A DNA stretch of 64,000 bases from contig NC_079167.1 of the NCBI RefSeq assembly GCF_947568905.1, positions 20,150,001-20,214,000 on the forward strand. Reading direction: 5' to 3'. Under the pieces are notes generated by a model. That model worked only from the letters and a program-made list of their open reading frames with translations, made no database searches and was not told the DNA's origin. Positions 25,715-39,065 of the stretch are shown here, in pieces. A program made the translations under genes and the position numbers. Within the stretch, counting starts at the first letter, position 1, and each line of letters starts with the position of its first letter. Origin of the DNA: Ostrea edulis. Its lineage: Eukaryota.

Positions 25715-26090
25715 GTTAAAATTTGATCCCCTATTGTCGTCTCGTCTTTACAGGGCTATGATTTGAATAAATTGGAATCTACACTACCTAATGATGCTTG
25801 CATATATCGATACAACTTATCATGACCCTGCTGGCACTGAGAAAACGATTTCCCCATATATTGCATGTGATAGTTGGATCTCCTATTGAAGTCCCATTGT
25901 AGGCTCTGTGGCCATAATTTGAACAAACTTAAATCTGTAATACCTGTAGATGCTTGCATATTAATACGTCTAATCATGACAATGTTTCCCTTGCATATTC
26001 AAATATAAAACTTTGTTCCTCATTTGTGAACCCACCATACCCCCGGGACTATCATTTGAACAACTTGAATCTAGATTTTTCAGGGTCAAT
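25715..26090. repeat. Degenerate Cg170-like satellite monomers (paralog at ~37770-38160)
   Basis: tttgatcccctattg...atgatttgaacaaacttgaatctacactacct motifs, also seen in the array at 52190-53000. Confidence 0.65.
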
Positions 26091-26148
26091 CATAGTTTAT
26101 CTAAAGGTGTGACGCGTTCCCTTTATTATTATGAAGGCACAGTAGGGA

Positions 26149-26936
26149 CTAGCTGCAATAATGTAGGTATATTTTATCCGATTTTTTTATTCTGACGTTT
26201 TGGGGATAGGGATAGGGCTACAATTCCATAGGATCTCCGTAATGGTGCAAAATAATTTCATGAATAACCGATAATAAGCTCCGTGTATTTGTCCCAAATG
26301 TTGTTTACACAAAAAGGAGTACCAACTTTGTGCTTGGGCATGTATAATAAAGGTGTTTTTCATAAAAAATCATGTACAGCATGCAAAATTCTTCGTCTGC
26401 TCCGCCAAGCTTGTTATCGCAAGATCTCTGTAAAACTTAAACATTAACAATCTGCGCGAAAATGTAGTTACTCGAGCCACTCCGACAAAGATAGGAAAAT
26501 CATTTGGTTGCAGAAAGAATTTACACTCTGCTGTTCGTTTTTAACTTGATATCAAATCTAAACCTTTTTTATACAGACGAAATAGCTTTCTCCTCCGTAC
26601 TTGTCCATTGATGTAAATACCGCCTTACATGTATATGGCATATGCAAATAACTTGATAATCGGAAGTTCAAACTTCAGTACATCAACCATGGCGCACAAA
26701 TTGGAATATATCGAAATTGTTGAAAACGGTAGAATAGAGCCTCACAAATCGTAAATTGCAGGTTGTAAATTTATATATTGACTAAGAAACATAGAATATC
26801 ATTTTATTTACGTAAAGAAATTCAGCAAATGTTTAGAATGATCGAAAATGTTGCGAGGGTGAATCACTCCCGCATTTGCACCATTACGGAGATCCTAAGG
26901 AGTTGTAGCCCCCTCACCCCCACATTATTGCAGCTA
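26149..26936. mobile_element. MITE with two layers of inverted repeats (paralog at ~38216-39002)
   Basis: Outer (c)tagctgcaataatgt / acattattgcagcta. Inner ~38-bp IR gggctacaattccataggatctccgtaatggtgcaaa (26215) / ttgcaccattacggagatcctaaggagttgtagcccc (to 26912). Confidence 0.65.
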
Positions 26937-27243
26937 ATGAAGACGTAGTATATCCCTTGGCGTAATGTGTAAAACGCGACTTCTGCATGTTTGCTGAAAG
27001 CCCTACCTTGTACTGTTCTATGTCTGAGAAACTGAATTAAACACGATTTTTGTTGAACGTTTATCTAAGACAGGGTAAACATACATAATTTCATGAAAAT
27101 TCTAAATATATGTCTCTTTGAAAATACAGAGAGTATTTAGGGATTTATTTGAATCCATCCGTGTTTTAGATGATGCCGAACACCGTAGATACAATGATAT
27201 CCCGAACGAACATGGAAACGACTCTATTTGATCAGGATTGGAT

Positions 27244-28841
27244 TGGATTCTTGAAAAGATTGTTGCGAAACGTTTGGATCATCACATAGAGTTGAATCAT
27301 TTACACAACAATGTACAGTCAGCATACCGTGCCTGCCATTCAACGGAGACAGCTCTACTTCGTGTCCACCACGACATTGTAGCAGCATTAGATTGTGGTT
27401 TCAGCGTTGCATTAATCATGTTAGATCTTTCGGCGACCTTTAATGTCATCGATCATCCTATTCTGATAAGACGTCTTGAGTTTGCTTTTGGTATTTCTGG
27501 CTCGGTCCTTAATTGGATTAAGTCATATTTCTCAGAGAGGACCCAAAAAGTGGCCATAGGATCTACCTTCTCCGATGATTTCCGTCTCAATTGCGGCGTA
27601 CCACAAGGATCTGTCCTAGGACCTCGGCTCTATGCCATTTTCTCCAAACCTATTGGTGGAATATGTCGTAAAAACAATGTTCTACATCACTGTTACGCAG
27701 ATGACACACAAGCCCATCTAGTCTTCAAACCTAAACATGACTGGCAAAATACCGCTAGCCACTTTGAGGCTTGTATGGATGAAATAAAGATGTGGATGTC
27801 CGCTAACATGCTACATGTAAAATTAAATCAGGACAAAACAGAGCTCATTGTTTTTTCACCGAAAACCATAGTCACTGACTCACCATCGTACCATCTGAAC
27901 TTTGCCGAAACTATCATCAGTGAAATACCGTTTGTGAAGAATCTAGATGTATGGTTTGATAAGACACTTTGCATGCAAAAGCAAATCTCATCTGTGTCTC
28001 GTGCTTGCTATCATCAACTACGTAACATCGGACGAATACGGTCGCTCATCACAGAAGATGCGTGCAAGACTCTAGTATGTGCCCTCGTGGCATCTCGGCT
28101 CGACTACGCCAATGATCTTCTTTTCGGAATTAACACAACCAACTTGGCAAAACTGCAGTGGATACAGAATATGGTAGCTCGAATCATCTCTCGTACCAAG
28201 AGAAGTGATCACATTACTACAGTGCTGATTTCTTTACATTGGCTTCCTATTGACAGGTGCAGCCCAATACAAAATCTCTACGTATATAAGGTGATCCATA
28301 AGATGGCACCAAAATACTTGGAGGAGGTGATCACTGTTTACCAACCAAATCGTTCCCTAAGATTTAAAAATTCACTGACATTAGTTAGATCTAGATGTCG
28401 AACCTCCACATGTGGAAACAGGCGCTTGGATGTGGCAGCAGCTACACTCTGGAACTCTCTGCCTTGTCAGAATTTGAACATTTTTAAAAAAAACACATCT
28501 TTTTAGACTTGCATATTACTAGTATTATAGGTGGTTAAATCTTTATGGTTTCTTTACCATCATTTTAACTTGACCTTTTCAATTGTATAATTGTATATTT
28601 ATTTCAACTATTGTATTTTATATCAGTTGATTGTACGGCGTGGAACTTTTTTCATACACATCATGTTTTAGATTTTAGTAATTTTACTTCACATTATGGA
28701 TGTTTTTCTAGCACTGTTTTGATATTACAATTTCCTTTTACTACTTTTATAACATGCTGTATCATTTTTATTGTGTACAGCACTTTAGAGTGGTTATTCA
28801 TAGTCATATAGGGCGCTATATAAATAAGTATTATTATTATC
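27244..28841 (+). mobile_element. 5'-truncated L2/CR1-group LINE with an RT ORF
   Basis: ORF 27238-28506 has QSAYR..HSTETALL, LDLSATF, GVPQGSVLGP, YADDTQ and HIT.VL.SLHWLP motifs. (TAT)n tail at ~28829-28840. Absent at the paralogous site 41281-41300. Confidence 0.9.
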
Positions 28842-30639
28842 AATAATGCCTTGAACCTTGTTTCCATTGTCAGAAACAAACAAAACACATTTTTGTTAAG
28901 AATCATTAATACTATTAAAAATACGTATTGTTTCTTCTTCTTCTTTTTTTTTTTTTTTTAGATATACATATGATAACATAGTATTAACTATACTTCATTT
29001 TAACACAAACAACATAACATTAATATACATTGCATGACAGCCAGTCGTGATTGCTGGACGCCCGTAATTTCTTGTATTTTAAATACACATTACAGAATTC
29101 GCAGAAAAAGAAGTCGTTATTTCCCCATATACAAAAATTAAGATAACCTTCCAACTCCATATACAGAATATGAACAATACATAAATAACAATCACTTTTG
29201 AATATACCTCATAATCCCCTCTATATTGCATCAGGACCGGCCAGGAAAAAAAACCCCTTGAAATTAAACGATGAAAATCGCAAAAAACTCTAGAAAACCT
29301 GAGTCCGTTGCCAAGTGCCGCTGGATGCAGGGAGTTGTGAACGGACCTCACAACTTATGTGTTAATTTTTTCCTTTGCATGGCATGAATGAAAACATAAG
29401 ATTTAATTGTGCATTAAGTTTCGTCTATCTCGTGACGAGCGGCGGCTAGAAGTGAATACCTGAATTGCAGCTCGAAAACCTGTTTTTCTAACTCACATTC
29501 TATTGGATAATAATGGATCATTCCATTCTACCTGTACAATATACTGTACCGTCAACACCATAGAAAACAAATTACAAAATAAAAGTAGAACATTATTGAT
29601 TAGAAAACTAAATTATCACCTAAAGCAAAATGAGAAAATCAGAAAAATTAGATTGTTGAAAAGAAAACTTCTAGTATATCATTCATAAACTACAATGATG
29701 TCCATTACACATGTAGAATTAGTAAGAGATGGGTGATACAACATAATCAGTCTCGCCAAATCTAAGACGTCAACATAGGTAGTGAATGCTCTTTCGCCAA
29801 ACACTCGGCTTCCAGAAGTGAGAATCACGGGTTTTTTGGATATCCCATGTCGAAAAAGTCACTGCTATGGCCCTCGGCGCAAAGCATACAATGTAGGTGT
29901 AGTTTGGTATTTCATCTACAGCTGGTGAGTGAAACATCAAACAACCTGTAGATGACTCTGTTTTTATTAACTGTATATTTTATTGCTTCATCTTTATCAA
30001 CTGAACATCACAATGTTATACATGTATTTGTTATATAATACAGGATTTCTGCATCCCTGATATGAACACAGACACGCGCCCTTTATCACTCACCCTGTAT
30101 CAGCACCCTTTATTTTACCCTTTATTTCACCCCTTATCGTACGTTTCTAGAACGCCTCTGTAATTTTTAATCGGAGTACCGGTACTTCGATTTTTTTCTG
30201 CTTCAAAGCAGACGATATAATATATTGTAAACAAATGGAGAAACAAACAGGAAGACAGATAGAAATGGAAAAGAGAACGTTGGAATCGTTAGCGAGGAGA
30301 ATTGGAGAACTTGAGGAATTGATCAAAATGTAACGATAATTTTTAGTAATAGTAAAAATCATAATGAATGGAAACAATTTATCTAAATTGTTACCTTATG
30401 TCATATACCAGTACATGTAGCTTCTTATTCATTAAATATTTTAAATCATTCAAAAACAGTAATCGTTGTTTTTAACTTTTATCCGTTAATAAGCCTTTAA
30501 AATTTTACTATCTTCGAATCTATAATAAAAACAACAAAACATGGCAAAATTTGTAGCACTCCATATCAACCCTCGACCAATATCAGTCTTTGGGCCTACA
30601 ACCCTTGGGCTGATATTGGAGGTACACTATTTTTTTTAC

Positions 30640-30997
30640 CAGGGGCGGATCAAGGAATTGAAGTTAGGGGCGCAATTTCATGAAGCAGGGGGTCTGGAGG
30701 CCGCCATAGGGTGGTGGGGGCCCGGAAGCTCCTGGATTTTATAGGGCTTGTAATACGTCCCATATAGAGTCATTTTTACTACATGTATTTTCTGTAATTT
30801 TTAATGAGATGAAATTAATAAAATGATATAAATCTTAAGGGGTTTTTATGGGAATGAAATATGAGTTCTCACAAGAAAAGTAAGAATAAATCAAAAGATC
30901 TTGTCATTTATTTCTGAGAGTAACCTTCTTTTTATTTTCTTCACAAAAGACCAATTTGATATTTTAGGCCCCCCTTCCTTTATGAAATCCGCCACTC
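30640..30997. mobile_element. MITE with CAGGGGCGGAT/ATCCGCCACT(G) termini (paralog 42903-43266)
   Basis: Short TIR seen in both duplicate copies; no TSD found. Confidence 0.55.
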
Positions 30998-31384
30998 TGA
31001 CTGTATTTCATAATGTCCTACATTTTTGCAGTTACTCCCCTTACACCGGAAGTTGCACTTGCAATTGCAGTCCTAAACTTCACATAAATAGTATTAACAA
31101 ATAGTGTATGGTAAAGTTTACGTTACCAAATTCTTCATTATGTCGAGTTTTAACGGTTTGTAATATACCTATGACAAAATGAAAGTTTAATTTCTTCGAT
31201 TTTATGTAGAAAACTTTTTAAAATATGCACTTCGTTAAATTGTAGAGTTGGGGAAGGGATGTTAATCTAGGCGTATTTGACGTTTATTTCTGTCCAAGTT
31301 ATAATGCAATTAATACCGAGAATTTCAATAGTAATCTATATAAAAAATACAACAGACACCTAGAATTTTAAAAGCACAATGAAA

Positions 31385-32270
31385 GCATGTGATATAATTA
31401 GGCGAGAAGTGAGGAAGTGGTTCGAGATCGAATTGTCATTGGTGTGAAATCACATAAAATACGTGAGAAACTCATAATGTTGGATTTGATTTGACTCTAC
31501 AGAAGTCACTTGACATTGCATGACTTCTTCACCTTTCATGAACAATCCACAACTCAAGCTAGACAAATGTTTGGTGAGGATACATGAGTTCATGCCATTC
31601 GAAACAAACTACAGTCTAAAGGTAAGTTTAGGCAATCCACCAAACCAATCACGGTTGTTCTCCAAAACAACAATTAAACAACAAATCTAATTCGCATCAT
31701 ATTAAGCCACAGCAAATAGATGATTGTTCACGTTGTGGATACACACACAGTACTTCATCATGTTCAACCAAAGGGAATTAGTGCCACAAATGCTGTCGAC
31801 TTGGTCACTTTGCAAAAAAGTGTCATTCAAGTGGAAAGTGCGTGAACACTGTAGATAACTCTGATACCGAAGAACTATTTCTAGGATACATTGATACGGA
31901 CATCAACATGCTGGATATAGAGTGGACCGAGTACATAAAAATTAACAAGCCAGTAGGCTTCAGTTGGACACTGGTAATAAGTGTAATGTGCTACCATTGA
32001 AAACTTTCAATGAACTAGGCTTAAAACATCACTAACTTGCTTCATCCAAAGCAAACATGAGATCTAAAGTGGAACCTGTTAGAAACATTATACTCCAATG
32101 TAAATATGAAGACCGCGTGACTGAAATCTCTTTTGAGGATGTTGACCTACCTTCAGAACCTACTCTAGGATCTGCCTCTTGCTCAGCTCCGGGACTTGTT
32201 AGGCGAGCTTACAAACTTGACTATTCAGAAACAACAAACATTCCTACAGACATTCAATCTGAATATTAGG

Positions 32271-32305
<35 letters not shown>

Positions 32306-34275
32306 ATTCATACCATTCGATTCGATGCACCGATTACAAATTCCGGATTTCGGTTCGGTTCGGTTTAGATTTTACTTACACCAAAACAACAAATATGTCG
32401 TCCGAGTGATGTTGAAAACATGTGGTTTTTTATGCAACGGAGATTTAAATCACTACTGTGTTAAGAGTTAGCATTTTCACCACTCAGATACCAACAGAAT
32501 ATGGTCCGTAAGATCATTGCAGTTTATCTTTACATGACATATAGCATTTCTGTCAGTGGTGGAGTGAAATCAACATCGTAGGTAATGACACAGATTTGAC
32601 AGTTAACATGAAAGAAGTAAATCAATAAAGGAGAGATTTTCAAAGACTCTCAATTGATAGAATTTTTGCATATCAATGAAAACGATATCATATAGATTTT
32701 TAGATTCACTATAGATTTGTTTAATAATCCAAAACTTATGCAGCACATTAATATAACAAATTTTGATAGACTGTCAGTGTTTTCTTTTTTCTATCAAAGT
32801 TATAAAATGCCATTATGAATAGATATGATGTTTACAAATGACAACATATAGTTATATAACTTGAATTAAATCAAATCAAATATGCTACTCATTAAAATTG
32901 TTAATTTTTGTGGTGTCATTAGATAAATTGGACCTAACATGAAGCGAATCGAAAATAACCGAACCGTGCTGTTCTGAATCGAAACCGAACCGAATCGAGC
33001 TAACCCTGAATCGTCCCAGCCCTACTGAATATGGTGATGTTTTTGGACTCTTACCTGTTAAACAAGAAATCAAGATTGATCCATTGGTCCCCCCGTTGAT
33101 ACATTGACCTCGTCGTGTGCCGTTTACATTCCGTGACAAAATCAAGGACGAACTTGATCACATGGAACAAACTGGTGTTATCATTCAACAAAACGAACCC
33201 ACAGCATGGGTTAATTCCATGGTGACTGTGTTTAAACCAAATGGAAAATTCCGTATTTGTACAGATCCTAAGAATCGTAACAAAGCCATTCACAGAGAAC
33301 ATTTCCCGCTCAAGACCAATGAGGACGTCATACAGCGGATCACTGATCCAAGCAATTTTCTAAATTAGACGATACATCGGGCTTTTGGCAAATTGGGCTT
33401 ACAGAAGAAAGTTCGAAATTCTGCACCTTCAATACTCCATATGAGCGCTATAGGTTTACTATGCTACCATTTGGCATAAACTCTGCTTCTGAAATTTATC
33501 AACGCACAATTTCAGATATGGTGAGGGATCTAGAAGGATATGAAGCAATAATTGATGACATACTGATATGGGGAAAAGACATCAAAGAACAATATAGCAG
33601 ACTAAAAGGTCATGAATCGCATCCATGACTACAATCTGAAACCGAGTCCAGAAAAGTGTAAGTTTCGTAAGAGCCACGTCGCATTTGTAGGTCATGTACT
33701 TACTCTTAAAGGGACCCAACCCAATCCTGAGAAAATTCGTGCTGTTAAAGACATGCCTACTCCACAGAATATTTCGGAACTTCAAACATTTCTTGGTTTT
33801 ATACAATACCTTGGAAAGTTCTTACCAAACTTATCTGAAGTGAGTTCACCACTCAGAACACTCCCAAAAAAGGATTTCTGCTTCCACTTTGACAAAACAC
33901 AAGAAGAAAGCTTTCAAACGTTAAAGTGTCTCGTCAGTAACACACCTGTCCTGCGTTATCACGAAAAAGCCACTAACCTTGGCTGTAGATGCCAACTCAG
34001 AGGGCCTTGGTGCTGCTCTTGTTCAGGAAGGTCAGCCTGTTGCATGTGGGTCACGTGCTTAAACTAAAAGTCAGCAAAACTATGCCCAGATTGAAAAGGA
34101 GGCCTTAGCTACAACTTTATATGGTATGAATGTACAAAATTTCATCAGTTTGATCGCCACATATTGGTGGGGAGTGATCACAAACCACTGTAGACAATTT
34201 TTCGGAAATCCCTTTATCAAGCGCCTTCTCGACTATAGTTACCACTGCTCATCTTACAGCATTATGACATTGAGA
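31385..34275 (+). mobile_element. Decayed Ty3/Gypsy gag-pol remnant, copy 1
   Basis: EEVVRDRIVIG (gag), two CCHC-like knuckles, LDTG protease motif, RT (PRRVP, WVNSMV, FWQI, LPFG, IDDILIWG) and RNase H (GLGAAL, YAQIEKEAL), broken by stops, frameshifts and deletions. No LTRs recognised. Confidence 0.9.
32267..33024. mobile_element. hAT-type MITE, 758 bp, perfect 8-bp TSD
   Basis: TAGGGCTG...CAGCCCTA termini. CTGAATAT duplicated at 32259-32266 and 33025-33032. The paralogous site near 44528 is empty (tctgaatatggtgatg). Confidence 0.95.
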
Positions 34276-35964
34276 TTGTGATGAAGTTAATTTTCATTTA
34301 GTTAGTTTTTGTGGTGTTGCCCAGTAAATAGTTGTTTATGCTTGTAAGGTGTTTCCGTAGTGTGAGTGTTGGTCGATAAGGCTATTTTTAGTATATCGGT
34401 TTGGTCAGTCAGAGTAGCGGCTGTTTGTCAAGCGTGCGGCCATGTTTTCATGCTGTCCAGCAGGGGTCTTTTCTTGGCGAATTCCAGAAGTTAGTCTGGG
34501 TAATGGGTAGCCAGAGAGACAAACATTTTACTGTGTGGGCATTCGTTTCCTCCAGCCGGTAAGCTATTTTTGTGTGTGAAATATTTGCGAGGTTTCGGGT
34601 TAGTTTTCACGTGTATTGTGTTTTCAATTTTCTTGTTAACCAAGTCGCTTTGTGTATAGGTTTTAGGTTAAGTAATTGCTATTTCAGTGCAGAGGGGATT
34701 TAAGAAGCTATATGGGCCATATCAGGCAGTATTATAAGCGTTTCAGTAGGTGCTCGGCGTGGGAATCAGAACACGTGAGGCAGCGCTGTACAGCTGTACT
34801 TGGGTGTTCCACGTGGTGGACTCGACAATTATTTTGTGGGCCTAGTGTTGGCATTGTTTTGAAGTCGGCGTTACCCAGTATCGTTGTTCAGTGAGAGACC
34901 TGTGAGTCCGGGAATGGAAGCGGAGGGGCTGTTCGCGCTGTATGGAGGCCTGGTTGTGCCAAGTGTGACGTGGCGTTCAATTGAATTGTGCTGAGTAGCC
35001 AAACTTTCATATTGAGTTTCAGTAAATTAACATTTTAAGAAAAGGAATTCTTTGAAATTTTGTATTTACAAAACGTAATTTACTACTGTTTAACCTTTTC
35101 TGTAGTTAGCGGAATTTGCTATTATTTGAACCATTTTGTAATACATTTATTACCAGTTATATTTTTAGCCTGGAATGACATATTTGTTGTATTAACTATT
35201 GAATTGTCTTGACAGTTATACGTTATATTGATTGTCAATATTGCCAGGTTTGTTATACCAATTTATATTTTCTTTCTCGGTGAGAAGAAAAGGCATTCTA
35301 TATATATTTATCCAAAGCTTTTAGAATGATTTACTACTGTACGATATGTTTATTATAATTTTGAGCACTGCGTGGTGTTCCAAAACGTGATTTCATTTCT
35401 TCTTGATGCCCTATAAATTAGTATCGGAGATGTACGTGTTACATGTCGAAGCTACCCGCACAGGTAAATTGAAGACACTGATGTGAAGTGAAGCGTAGCA
35501 GAACTCTTCCCCTTGTATACCATGCGAACCCTGATACATATAACAATAGAATATTCAGCTAATATGGCAGATTAGCAGAGACATATGGCGGACGTATAGA
35601 ATTATACTATATTTATTAATTCATGTCAGCTTTAAACAGTATTAAACGAATCGTACTAAGGATAACGATTTACAGAAAATGAATAATTTTTCATTAAACA
35701 TATGAATGATAGCAACAGTACTTGTCATAAAACGTAAAGAAAAAAGATAGAAAAAAATCTTCCAAACACGATGAAAATGAATTAAGAAATATTTCCGAAA
35801 AAAGGGAATCCATGTATGAAACCACTCGTAAGAATGACGTAATTTTGTTTAATTTAACAACATTCTGCAAAAGTCAGCAAATAAGAAGCATCAAGAACTT
35901 CAAATCTAATGCAAAAAAAATCTTGGTTTTCTTAACAGTCGACATGCATAATCAAGCCTTTGAG

Positions 35965-36127
35965 GTTAAACACTTCCGTGTTCAGAATTGCATAACTCAT
36001 CAGAATCAATCGATGTATTTGTGTTCTGATCCGCTGGCGAACATATAAAAGGACCGCTCTCCCTAGTTCTTGTAGTTTGGGCTGCCATTCAAAAGAAGAA
36101 ACAACCAAGAACAGAAACAACCAAAAG
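35965..36127 (+). promoter_or_regulatory. G4 promoter and non-coding exon 1
   Basis: ACTTCCGTGTTC (35972), TCATCAGAATCAATCGAT, TATAAAAGGACCG (36044), donor aag|gtacc after 36127. About 650 bp upstream shared with G5 and G6. Confidence 0.75.
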
Positions 36128-36282
36128 GTACCTTCAGCTTTTCTTTTCAATTTGTTCCTATTTTGCCAGACTTAATTATTGGATGGCTATTCGTCTTATC
36201 ATTTCATATTTTAGTTCTAAGAACTGCCTTTGGTTTAAATCAAACGATCTCTAACTGATGGTTATTTATTTTGTAGATCACC

Positions 36283-37471
36283 ATGCTGAAGGAAGTTTGT
36301 TTTCTGTTAATGGCCACATACGTGGCGACAACCTATGGCACAGGTATAACTGCAGAATTTCTCTGAATCCTTGATAAGTTCCGTGTTCAATAGAACATTT
36401 TGATATTGCATGCCCGTTTCTTTACTTTCACAGGTTACCCCTCACAACCAAGCTATCCAGCCCCGACCTACCCCAACAGTGGATATCGTTATGTCGTCTA
36501 CGTCCAATACCTCTACTACTTGTACGCTGTGTACGGTCCCAACTCTGTACAATACATTCAGTATTACCAATACTTGATCAGATTGCACATCATTCCTCAA
36601 GGATTCTCTTTTGGATCTGGCGGATTCCCAGGTGGATTCCCAGGTGGTATTGGTGGAAGTAGAATTATAGGGGGCGGTAGCGGCATAACCCCAATCGGAG
36701 GAGGATATATCCCGGGTGGTGGTTTCCCAGGAAGCAGCGGAGGATTTCCCGGCGGTAGAGGAGGAAGCTCTCTGAGTTTCTCAAGTGGATCTGGATTTTT
36801 CTCTGGATCCGGAGGCGGTTTCCCAAGTGGCGGATTTCCTAGCGGTGGATTCCCCGGCGGACTCTCCTCCGGCGGATTCCCCGGTTCCGGAAGCGGTTTC
36901 CCAAGTGGCGGATTTCCTAGCGGTGGATTCCCAGGCGGACTCTCCTCCGGTGGATTCCCCGGTTCCGGAGGCGGTTTCCCAAGTGGCGGATTTCCTAGCG
37001 GTGGATTCCCAGGCGGACTCTCCTCCGGCGGATTCCCCGGTTCTGGAAGCGGTTTCCCAAGTGGCGGACTTCCTAGCGGTGGGTTCCCAAGTGGACTCTC
37101 TTCCGGCGGATTCCCCAGCGGATCTTTCCCCGGATCTGGAAGTGGTTTTCCAAGTGGTGGATTCCCAGGCGGACTCTCCTCTAGCAGTTTTTCTAGCGGT
37201 AGTTCCTTCCTGAGCAGCGGCAGTTTAGGTGGTGGTCCTGGTGGTATTGGAGGTGGTCCTGGAGGAATCGGTGGAGGAATTGGAGGAGGAATAGGAGGAG
37301 GAATTGGAGGAGGAATAGGAGGAGGAATAGGAGGCAGAAAGAAACTTGGTAATCTTATTGTTTGTTTGTTTTATAATTGGTTAAAGGTTATCATAGTTTT
37401 TTCTAACAATTGCAAAGCAAGATTTTGAAAAAGAATAATTTTACTATATTTTTATTTTAGGTTTTTACTAA
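36283..37471 (+). CDS. G4: shematrin-like GGFP-repeat secreted protein, 328 aa
   Basis: Exons 36283-36343, 36434-37348 and 37461-37471; ends RKKLGFY*. AATAAA at 37549. Confidence 0.92.
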
Positions 37472-39065
37472 ACTGTTCCCGGATTGACTGAGATGGATTT
37501 GGCCTTGAACCTGCATTTCATGTGATTTGCTTTTTTGTTAGGTTGTGGAATAAACAAATGACGCCCAAATTGTCTTGTATTAATTTTGCTTAAGGAGGTT
37601 CCAGTATTGTTAAAACTGGACTATTGATGGAATTTTGTTTAACAGAATGTTTCACAAGAAACACATTCACACAAGCTTCAAAGAAAGGCCGCAAATAATT
37701 TGTTTTATTTCACCGATCGTATAAAATGTCAATTTTGCAAGAGAACAAGTATCAATTCATCATATATTGTTAAACTTTGATCCCCTATTGTCACCTCGTC
37801 TTTACAGGGCTATGATTTGAATAAATTGGAATCTACACTACCTAAAGATGCTTGCATATATCGATACAACTTATCATGGCCTTGCTGGCACTGATAAAAC
37901 GATTTCCCCATATATTGCATGTGATAGTTGGATCTCCTATTGAAGTCCCATTGTAGGCTCTGTGGCCATAATTTGAACAAACTTAAATCTGTAACACCTG
38001 TAGATGCTTGCACATTTTATACGTCTAATCGTGGCAATGTTGCTGTAAAAACAATTTCCCTTACATATTCAAATATAAAACTTTGTTCCTCGTTTGTGAA
38101 CCCACCATACCCCCGGGACTATCATTTGAACAACTTGAATCTAGATTTTTCAGGGTCAATCATAGTTTATCTGTGTGGCGCGTTCCCTTCATTATCATGG
38201 AGGCACAGTAGGGACTAGCTGCAATAATGTAGCCCTATCCGACTTTTTTTATTTTGACGTTTTGGGGATAGGGCTACAATTCTATAGGATCTCCGTAATG
38301 GTGCAAAATAATTTTATCAATAACCGATAATAAGCTCCGTGTATTTTTCCCAAATGTTTACACCAAAAGGAGTACCAACTTTGTGCTTGGGTATGTCTAA
38401 TAAAGGTGCTTTTCATTAAACATCATGTACAGCATGCAAAATTCCTCGTCTGTCCCGCCATGCTTGCTACCTCGAAATTTCGTAGGCGGATCTATTGTAA
38501 AACCTAAACATTGACAATCTGCGCGAAAATGTAGTTACTCGAGCCACTCCGACAAAGAAAGAAAAATCATATGGTTGCAGAAAGAATTTACACTCTGCTG
38601 TTCGTATTTTAACTTGATATTAAATCTAAACCTTTTTAATACAGACGAAATGGCTTTCTCCTCCGTACTTGTCCATTGATGTAAATACCGCCTTATATGG
38701 CATATTCAAATAACTTGATAATCGGAAGTTCAAACTTCAGTACATCAAACATGGCGCACAAATTGGAATACATGTATTTAGAATATGTTGAAAACGGAAG
38801 AATAGAGCCTCACAAATTGTAAGTTGCAGGTTGTAATTTCATATATTGACTAAGAAACATAGAATATTACTTTATTTACGTAAAGAAATTCAGCAAATGT
38901 TTAGAATGATCGAAAATATTGCGGGAGTGAATCACTCCCGCATTTGCACCATTACGGAGATCCCCCCCCCCCCAATCGGAGAGGGCTACATTATTGCAGC
39001 TAGTGATATCACTTGCCGTAATGTGGTAAACGCGACTTCTGCATGTTTGCTGAAAGCCCTATCTT

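Larger units (their letters stand above)
24240..34270. repeat. Segmental duplication copy 1 (pairs with ~36240-45720)
   Basis: Collinear similarity across gene, 3' flank, MITEs and Gypsy remnant, interrupted by copy-specific TE insertions. Confidence 0.9.

Noticed and set aside
34290-35520. GC-richer sequence after Gypsy copy 1, considered as an LTR or LINE 5' region
   Set aside because: No second LTR copy, TG..CA ends, PBS/PPT or protein motif could be identified by eye.
24283-36283. G3 and G4 start codons exactly 12,000 bp apart
   Set aside because: Coincidence: the spacer contains several copy-specific insertions, and the other spacings differ.
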